DNA of 62,286 bases, counting the filler, from Callorhinchus milii (lineage: Eukaryota): NCBI RefSeq assembly GCF_018977255.1. It is 3 parts of 3 records of this genome, joined end to end, with 100 filler letters (N's around TTAATTAATTAA, not from the genome) between each part and the next. Parts side by side here need not be neighbours in the genome. Positions count along the whole stretch, not along the records: positions 1 to 31,190 come from NW_024704849.1; positions 31,291 to 50,941 come from NW_024704751.1; 1 more part is not named here. The stretch is one strand, 5' to 3'. The notes below the pieces were generated by a model. The model searched no databases. It was not told the origin of the DNA and saw only the letters and a list, made by a program, of their open reading frames with translations. Position numbers and translations under genes: made by a program. Shown here piece by piece: positions 25,358 through 34,200 of this stretch (its first letter is position 1; the number at the start of each line of letters is the position of its first letter).

Positions 25358-25991
25358 TAATGATGGTTATATTTATGATTGCATTTGATAAAGCGCCGTA
25401 TAGTGCCATTGGGACGACAGAAAGCGTTTCGCAGAATATTATGTGCTGCGTTATGATGTACAGAGATTACTGGAGGCGAAGCGCGTCGTCTACTGGACCC
25501 GATTATTCATATTTTCAGTGACCAACTTGCTGTTATTTTTTTAAGGGATTATTAATTCTGTAAAAGCGATCAGCCAAGAGACTATCAACCGTGTTCCTGC
25601 TTCTGCGAGAAAGACAGAGGCAAAATAAAAATGATGTTATGTTATATTATGTATCGCAACGACATTGTGATTGTGACAGTTGAAACGTGACAGTCTATTG
25701 CACACAAAGAGTAAACGATTGAGCTACCAAACTGTTGTTATAATTTTCAAAGAATTGTTAATCCTGGAAAAGCGTTACGCTGATGGAATTCCAACCGTGT
25801 TCCAACAACTGATAGGAAGGCAGAGGTATGTGAGTGGAGCAAAGACATTTGCCCAATGTTTCGTCCCACCTGGGAATTCGTACCCAGTTCTTCACGCTTG
25901 GGAACTGAATTAGCTGAAGTCAAACCAATATAACACAGGACTCTGTGAGTAAACAGACATAAATGCTGTTTTAATTTTGCTTTATGCAATG

Positions 25992-26005
25992 GCTCCCGCT
26001 GGCGG
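25992..26005 (-). promoter_or_regulatory. CTCF-like motif CCGCCAGCGGGAGC, 24 bp 3' of the F3 pseudogene nonamer
   Basis: Aligns without gaps to 5727-5740. The two copies together imply CCGC(C/G)AGGGGGCGC. Confidence 0.35.
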
Positions 26006-26029
26006 TTCAGTAGCAAATGAACCGGTTGC

Positions 26030-26068
26030 AGTTTTTGCACGGAGCCGCCATAGCACGGCAGCAGTGTG
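26030..26068 (-). other. 23-spacer RSS (CACACTG / GCAAAAACT)
   Basis: Heptamer 26062-26068, nonamer 26030-26038. Confidence 0.9.
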
Positions 26069-26832
26069 GGCCTCTTGGCGCAGTAATACACGGCACTGTC
26101 CCCGATCAGGACGTTGGCAATACTCAGTTTGAAATCTTCGTTCGTTTTATCGACTTTGGAGAAAAATCTATTTTATCTTTTATTCTTCCCTGCAACAGAC
26201 AGTAGAATGTAGACAGGAGCGTTCCTGGAGGCTTGTCGATACCAAAAGAGACTGTACGCATCACTTATTTTCTTTAAGGTGCAGGATAATTTCACATCTT
26301 TACCCTCTTCAACTGATATTTCAGCAATCGGTTGATTCCCAATGTCTTGCAGGCTGTTTCCTGTGATTTAAAAGAAAATATTGTTGAGCAGCAAGTTTGT
26401 CTAATATGGAGACTGTAGTGTATTGGTGAGAGCATTCGCCTCAGAAGCAAGAGTTATGTGGCTTTGATATCAGGACAGGGGAAAGCTGAGGACATTTTCC
26501 CTACTCCATACGCCTTTGTTTAAGAAGCAGTAAATAGGAACACGTTTACCAGTCGATTGGCGCCTCTCTCGTTCAGGGGTAATTAGCCCTTCAATAATGA
26601 AACAATAATGAAACAGATCATAATTTGGTCATTCAATCCATGATTATTTGAAGAAAACTGCTATGCACAATCGGCTCGAATACACGATAAGGCGCTATAT
26701 CAAATGCAATGATTATAAATATTATAATGTTGTAAAAGGCATAACAAGGTATTAAGAAAAGAAGGTATACAAAGGATACTAACGGCAAAGTAAGCTGAGA
26801 GTGAAGGCGAGCACAGCACATGTCTCCCACAT
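26069..26832 (-). pseudogene. V segment, family F3, with a 12-nt deletion and TAA stop after CDR2 (leader 26784-26832; V exon 26069-26360)
   Basis: Exon is 292 nt versus 304 nt in the paralogue. TAA at 26173-26175. Still ends DSAVYYCAKRP. Leader MWETCAVLAFTLSLLC. Confidence 0.88.
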
Positions 26833-26911
26833 GAGCACCTGATCCCGTGTCTGACATTAACTCCCCAATGTGGATTGATGGGGCTTTTGGGCTCAGTAGC
26901 CACACAGTCAC

Positions 26912-27159
26912 AGCCCCGCCCACACACAGAGCCCCGAACAGACAGCCACTGCCACGCCCACAGAGCTACGTCACTCAGTCACTGCCCCGCCCACACAGAG
27001 CCCCGCCCACACAGCCACTGCCACGCCCACATAGCTGCGTCACTCAGTCATTGCCCCGCCCACACATAGCCCCGCCCACGCTGCCACTGCCTCGCTCACA
27101 GTGCTACGTCACTCAGTCGCTGCCCCGCCCGCACTGAGCCGCATCGCCCAATCACTGCC
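26912..27159. repeat. Paralogous ~70-bp GC-box/CRE tandem repeat in the second F3 promoter
   Basis: Same unit, copy number and position as 6661-6906. Confidence 0.85.
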
Positions 27160-27529
27160 AACAACAACAACAACAACAACAAGATTCCATTTATAGAGCG
27201 CCTTTCACGTCAGGAGGACGTCCCAAGGCGCTGCACAGTTGGGTCATGACCCGAGCAGGGGGAAATGGTCAGGGTGAGGGGAGGGAAGGGAGGGAGAGAG
27301 GAGGGGGGAAATGGTCAGGGTGAGGGGAGGAAGGGAGGGAGCGAGGAGGAGGAAGAGAGTCGAGAGGGGAGCTGAAGGCACGGTCAAAGAGAAAGGTTTT
27401 GAGACCGGCCTTCAAGGAGGAAAGGGAGGAAGCGGCGAAGGCACTGGGGGATGGAGTTCCAGAGCCTCGGGGCTGAGAGGCTGAAGGCCCGACCACCGAT
27501 AGTAGGGCGGTTGGGGCGGGGGACGTGGA
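27160..27529 (-). mobile_element. 5'-truncated L2-type LINE
   Basis: Encodes HVPRPNRPTIGGRAFSLSAPRLWNSIPQCL...SLSSLKAGLKTFLFDRAF, a classic L2 ORF2 C-terminus, with a (GTT)n tail. Absent from the paralogous site at ~6906; flanked by GCC on both sides. Confidence 0.85.
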
Positions 27530-28864
27530 GCCGTTGTTTTACTGCGCCCCGCCCACACAGCGCCCCGCCCCCTAAACCACCCCCACAGGAACACACAGTG
27601 CCACAAAATCAGGTCAATCAATCCACAACAATGTGTGGGCCACTGTTTTACACAGTTGGCTACCACGTTTGGCCCACACAATACAATCTAACGCCCCATC
27701 CCCACCCTCTCCCCCGCTCCAGCTCACCCCCACACTCTCCCACACACACAGTGCCACAAAATAAGGCAACTCAACCCACAACTTTGTGTGGGACACAGCT
27801 GTACACAATTGGCATAAAAGAGTTTAGTACTCCACTTTTCAGCGTATTCTGTGACGAGCTTTGAGACGTCTCAATGACTTAATATGACACTATATCAAAT
27901 GCAACCTTAGTCATTATTATCGATATTGTTACAATATTGAATAAGTCACGACCTTACAATTGTGTTGGTTATTCGTGTTTGAGAAACGCTTTTATCGAAC
28001 ACAGTCTTGTCATTTCGTCGATTCGCCTTAAACCTCCTCGAAGGTTTTAATGTCGAATACAGAGGCAGATTGTTCGTCAACTTGGCATCCAATTCGTGTA
28101 CAACAATGTTCCACAAACAGCTATGAATGAAAGACGAATTTTACCGATAGAAAGTCTGTCCAGACATCGGTAGAAACCTTGTCTTTCTCGAGCAGTTCTA
28201 TGGCATCATTATAGTCCATTCAGGCAAGAGGTCTGGACCTCGGTTTAGTATCTCCTCGGTAGGATAAGCTTCACCGACAATACAGACAGCCAGGCCTGCT
28301 CTAGAGTGTCAGCCCAGAACATCAGAACATAATCCAATATATATTACCCAGTGAGCACTTCGGTGGCTTTTCAATGTTTCAGTTGCGTGATGAAATACGA
28401 AAGATTTTTTTAATTATAGTTTATAGTAATAAACGTCTTAAATAGATTAATATTTACGTTTAATGATGTTGCCTGAATAAGCATTGAGGAGGGGAGAAGT
28501 ATTTTTCCACACAGCGAGTTGTTCTGATCTATAACGCATTGTCTGAAAGGTTGGCAGAAGCCGATAATATAACAACTTTCATGAGAGAATTGCAATACAG
28601 TAGAGAATAAAATTTATCAGCGGCTGCTGCTTGGGAAAAGGGAACAATATGTGAGATACAAATTATTTCCTGAGCAACCTAAGCCTTGTGTTAATACTTT
28701 AGGCAAATATTTGTAAATTACATTTGAAGCAGCAATAGTGTGTATGAGTGAACTTTGTCAACCACAACAGGAAGCACCTGTTACTGCTGCAAAGGAAAGT
28801 CGTTACCGAAAGGAGCGTGACAAGTTATGTATGTTGCAGCTCATGTTGCATGTGTCTGTTTAGT

Positions 28865-28878
28865 GCGCCATCTGCTGG
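28865..28878 (-). promoter_or_regulatory. CTCF core motif CCAGCAGATGGCGC (perfect match)
   Basis: 14/14 match to consensus. Confidence 0.7.
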
Positions 28879-30226
28879 TGGATTGTAGCTACAGCACGTG
28901 TGCAATTGGAGAGGTTTCGAAGCATATTTGCTATGGTCCCGACTTGCCTTTCTTTGGTGCTGTCTTCTCCACTGAAATTTTATACATTAGTCTCATCTCC
29001 CCTCTCGTTCCTCATATTTTCTGGTCTTCCCTGGAGCATTCGACCATTCGATGTCATTCACATTTCCTTAATTTGACGTGTCTCTGTGCAAACACTTGCT
29101 CCTCCAATTTAATTCAATTCACTAACTTTTTACTTCATCGATTATAATATTTGACTGAACACTTCGCTGACGTATAGCATTTTAAAACAGAGTAACATCA
29201 GAGGGGCATTCAGGTAAATCCGTTCGTGTCAGGCGGACGTCCCGAGGCAAATGTGCTCAATAAACTTAAAATGAAAGTTAAAATTCATCCTTCTTCAACG
29301 TAAATTCCCCAAATTGGTTTCTTTCTTTTTTGATTCACCAAGACGTTCCCCAACGTGTAAAGCGCTAAATAGTAATAGGATCAGACCATCAGCTCCTTGA
29401 GCCTGTTCCAACATTATATTACATCATGGCTGATTTATCTCTCAACACACATTCCAACCTTTTCTCCGTATTCCTTGAATTTCTGAGCTAAAATAAATAT
29501 ATCCAACTCAGTTTGGAAAATATGAATGGAACCAACCCCTCCAGATTCTTTGTGGAAGTTTTCCAGATTTCCTTAAAATTTTCGTAATTTTTTCCTGCCA
29601 ATTTTTCTGCTAACTGGCCTGGCTCCAATGCACCCTTATTCTGCATTCCCCCAACAGCCAGAAGGAACAGTTTGTCTATAGATAGCGGAAATAGTTTTTG
29701 TGTAAGCAATATAAACGGAAATTGTTTGTTTTAATGTTTACTTACTTATCAATGCAGCATAGAAAGAATCGTACATGTGGCAGCGCTCCCCAGAAAGCAA
29801 GACATTTTTAATTACCTCATTGATGATAGCATGACTACAGTTAATAACAATAATAATAATAGTTGCATTTGATATAGCGCCGTATCACATCTTCGAGGCG
29901 CCACTCAGTGCTTCATTCAATGTACAGTAAACGAATTGACTGCATATTGTGAGTGCGAAGCACGGCAGGAAATTGTACATATCGGTGACTCATTGGATGA
30001 AGTGACCAAATTATTATTAACACTATTATTCAGATGGAATTATTGCCACTGAAAAATCGATACTCCAATCGATTAACAACCTGCTGCCTATTTACTGCTG
30101 GTAACCAGAGACTAGTGTGTGGAATAAGGAAAGTTGCACAATGATTCGTTCTGCAGGTCATTGAACCAACGTCTATCGCTTGTAAGGCGAGTGCTGTAAC
30201 CACTGAGACACAGGACACCACATGGC

Positions 30227-30265
30227 AGTTTTTGTAGGTCGGATCCGCTGATCTGTGCCTCTGTG
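30227..30265 (-). other. 23-spacer RSS (CACAGAG / ACAAAAACT)
   Basis: Heptamer 30259-30265, nonamer 30227-30235. Confidence 0.93.
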
Positions 30266-31090
30266 GGGCTCAGTGCACAGTGATACCCCGCGGAGTCTGT
30301 AACTCTCACTTGCAATATATTTAATGGGACGGTTCTCTCCGCTTTAGACACATTCGTTGAGAAACGTTCTTCTGCAAAGTCCGCGCCTTTCTTGATCCTG
30401 TTGTTGGTGTCTGTGCTAAGGATATATTCTGTAGATTTGTTGGGATAGTGTCGGTACCAGAACAGACAGAGATTGCCGCTGCCGCTTGTATCTGTGTAAT
30501 TACACTGCAGAGAAACATCCTCCTCTTCATTCACTGTCACCGTAGATTGAAGTTGTGTCACAGCGTCTCCTCCACAACGTCCTGGGAACCAGACACATAT
30601 TAACGTTCAACAAAGTAACAATAATAATAAAAATTACCCTAATGTTGGACAGAGCCACTTATCAATCTCTCTAAACAACTTGAGCAGCATTATCTGTGCG
30701 AAATGCAGCAGCTGATAACGACATCAATAACCCACAAACTGTTGTGAATTCAATGGATTATTTTTGAATACATTTGTAAGGGTAAAACAGAACCAAAACT
30801 TAACTTGCAAGAAGAGTCCTGCCTATCGCTAGCGAAACAGAGGCGTGTGTATGCTTTAAAAAATTAGGCCTAATATGTTGCCCTGTCCTTGAGTCGAAAC
30901 TCGGTCCTCTTGCTTGTTAGTCAAGTTCGAGATATGCTGAGCTGCAGGACTCCACTTGTCATGTAGCGCATTGGTTTTTTTATGCAATAAAATACAAGCA
31001 TTGGATAATATGTTTATGAACGAGACTGATAGAATGAGTTTGTCGCTTACCTGATAAGGTAATGATGGCCACTACCACATAGATATACAT
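30266..31090 (-). CDS. V segment, family F1, open reading frame with YHC and an extra Cys (leader 31051-31090; V exon 30266-30581)
   Basis: Leader MYIYVVVAIITLS-G (first ATG lost). GNLCLFWY...DSAGYHCALSP, followed by a 23-RSS. Confidence 0.88.
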
Positions 31091-31190
31091 TGTGAAATGT
31101 ATCTAAAGCCACTGGGCGTGGAGACAACGTCGTTGGAGAATATTGGTTGCGAGGCTGTAAGGCAACACGAAGAGGATCGAACAGGAAACA

Positions 31191-31290
31191 NNNNNNNNNN
31201 NNNNNNNNNNNNNNNNNNNNNNNNNNNNNNNNNNTTAATTAATTAANNNNNNNNNNNNNNNNNNNNNNNNNNNNNNNNNNNNNNNNNNNN
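31191..31290. other. Artificial contig spacer (44 N + TTAATTAATTAA + 44 N)
   Basis: Exactly 100 bp, with a six-frame stop linker in the middle. Confidence 0.97.
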
Positions 31291-34200
31291 ATCTTTTATA
31301 TGCCTCATAATAGCCATCGAAATGTTCAGGGGAAAGTTCAGAATCCTTCTCTAGGAACTCGATTCTGACTTCCCCTTCAAACCAGGCGTTCAATCACTTG
31401 ACATTAACTGAATTAGGTCAAAGTCAGGATGTAAAACTTTATAATATATTTTGCCCACAAAATACACAGCCAATGGACTTTACAGTTTATCCTGTGAAGC
31501 GCTTTGAGACGTCTCGAAGACGTGATGAGGCGCTATATCAAATGCGAGGATTATTATTATAAAAGCTTGAGGCTGAAATTGAGAATTCTGTAACGTCAGA
31601 GAATACAAGCTCAACTTTGCCAATAAGAATCTTCGAATATTCTTAACCATTTATAAACATTTGTAGGCGTTTGAAACAAAGTGTACAGTCACTACACTGT
31701 GCTTTGAGATGTCGTCTCCACGTGAAAGGCGCAACATCAAATGCAAGGATTATTACAATGTGATTTGCGATTTAATAATAGATATCAAACCAACAAGCCT
31801 TCATCAAACTAATGACATGAGTAGGATCCACATTCTCTATTAAATCACCACAGAATAGCGAATTAAAATTAAAGCATTCCACGCGGTCCTCCACAAAGAA
31901 ACAAACATAATCTTTCTTCTGGCCCACAAAACACCACCTGACCTGATTTGCCTCGACAATCCAGGTGCGATGCCAATTTTCTTCTTTTGAAGTTCGGAAA
32001 CTTAAGAAGCAAATCTCACTGACCGAGCATGACAGCCTCGAGCAGATTTCTCATCCCCTAAAAAAAAATAATCGTGTTTCGACCCACCTGCAATTTCAAC
32101 TATTTTGCAAGAATTCCGGCGTTTGTACAGATAACAAGAACAATAGAAAGTGGTGTTGAAATAAAAGGCAAGATTATGACCTAACTCAAAAGAATGGATG
32201 AGTTATGACAAGTCTGGGTGAGTCTGACTACTGTGGTTAACAATTCTTAATGGCATGTGATACAAAAATCAGCTGAAAACCAATGACCTAATAGGAACTG
32301 GATTGGCCCGATCCCAAAAAGTACAGCAAACATCTTAAATCAGCATTTGTGGGTTTCAGATCGTCACCCACCCACTACCCCTCAATACTTGTCGAAGTTT
32401 GATTTTGTCAATTTAAATTTAAACGCTAACTTCCAAGAAAGACAAAACATATGCACAAGTTAGTACCTGACGCACTGTATACAGACAACACACAGATCTC
32501 ATGTTAAAGGACTGAAATAATGATCCGAATGTCCTTGGGGTATCATTGTTTTTTCCCCATTTCTTTTACTTGTCTGAACCTGCTTAACAAGATCCACAAT
32601 GGGGTCCTATTGTACTTATTACAATATATCAATCGTGTAGCGCCTGAACAGATTTAATAAACATATCAAATCAGTTAAACATGTAAACTTTTAAGATGCA
32701 AATCTCACTTATCAAGCACGGCAACCTGAAGCATATTTTTCTTCAAAAAAAAGTGTGTTGCAGCCCATTTACAGTTGCAATCATCGAACAAGAATTCCAG
32801 AATTACATAACAATGCAGCGCATTCCCACCGTTGCAATGGAGTGTCACCTTTGACTATGTGAATTTCAGACTATATAAAGTGATTTACTCTGCTGCCAAA
32901 AATGGGGAAATTCCAATATCTCGTCTCTTTGAACCAGTTGTTGCTGCTGCTCAGACTAACCTTACAAAGGACAGCCTGCGATTTCCTGTAAGACTTTCAT
33001 CTTTTCAATCAGTACTGCATGGACTGTATTCAAGCTATGCCGTTTGGATATCAGAGCAAGGCCTTTTTAAGAAGGCTTAATAAGGCAATATCCTTCTGAA
33101 CCAGCCCATCATAATTAGCAATTGTATGTTCTTTAGTAGGATTAAGCAAAGTCTCTCTGTACAACAGCTACATTTGTAACAAGTCAAACTTAAGAGTTCT
33201 TCATTTTATTGTGCAAGATTTATTGTTTCAAATGCAAGCATTATTATATATTATTATTCAGCTGGTAAGAACCAGGAACCTTGGATATTCTCCCCACTCC
33301 ATACCCAAGGCCACCAAGAGAGAGAATAACCCCATCACCAATCCTGAAGGCAAGATCAGACAATAAAGGTTTAAACCTGAAGCCTTGGCTCAGTACCACA
33401 ACCCAGTTGTATTAAGAAACATGGCAGTAATACAACTCTAAATATCCAGCATATGCTGGTAGTGAAGGGAAGATAAATGAGATATGGAAGTTGTTCCAAA
33501 GACCTGGAAAGCAGCAGATGTTTCCCAAAGGAAAAGCCAAGATCCAGAGATCTATAGGTCAGTGAGTCTCAGAACAACAATAGAACATAGAACAAAAACA
33601 CGCAGTTATATATAATACTCCTCATACAAAGATACTCAGTTAATTTGATAAATATATTTGGATGTACAGTCAGGACTGAGTTAGTTGTAGGGAAGCTGCT
33701 TGAGGTCAAGAAGAGGAAGAAATTAAAAAAAGGATCATGTTTCTCCCAGTGTCCTGACCAGATAAAATAGGTCATTTTCTTCAAGGTTCTTTATGTGACA
33801 TTGCTGCGCACAAATTAGTCTATTTACCTACAAAATACACAGCCAATACACTTTACATTAAATCCTGTGAAGCAATTTTTGAGACGTCCTCCCGATGTGA
33901 AAGGTGCTTTATCCCATGTAATGATTATTACTTTAAAGTTAATGCTATTACTGGGAGTTCAAGAACAATCGCCTAAAATACGGCCATGTATAGGGTACAG
34001 AAAAAAAAATCTGGGGTTTCATCAGAATCCCAAACAACCCATTAAATTCTTTTCTGAAATTACGACACTTATAATTATTTAAAAAGTAGTGAGGAAGCCA
34101 ATCATCCCACCCCCCCCCCCCCCCCCCACGCACCCCCCCCCATCCCATCACTCTTAACCCCCAACCCTTTCAAAGTGAAAGGTGGAGCCAAGCCAGATGT

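Noticed and set aside
7114-27753. Plus-strand CACAGTG at 7114, 27594 and 27747 as D/J RSSs
   Set aside because: No nonamer at 12 or 23 bp, no FGxG motif, and the context resembles degenerate SINE sequence.
792-30265. V ORFs reading through the RSS as secreted V-only proteins
   Set aside because: The extensions are short, differ between paralogues and run into SINE sequence; an open frame across an RSS is common.
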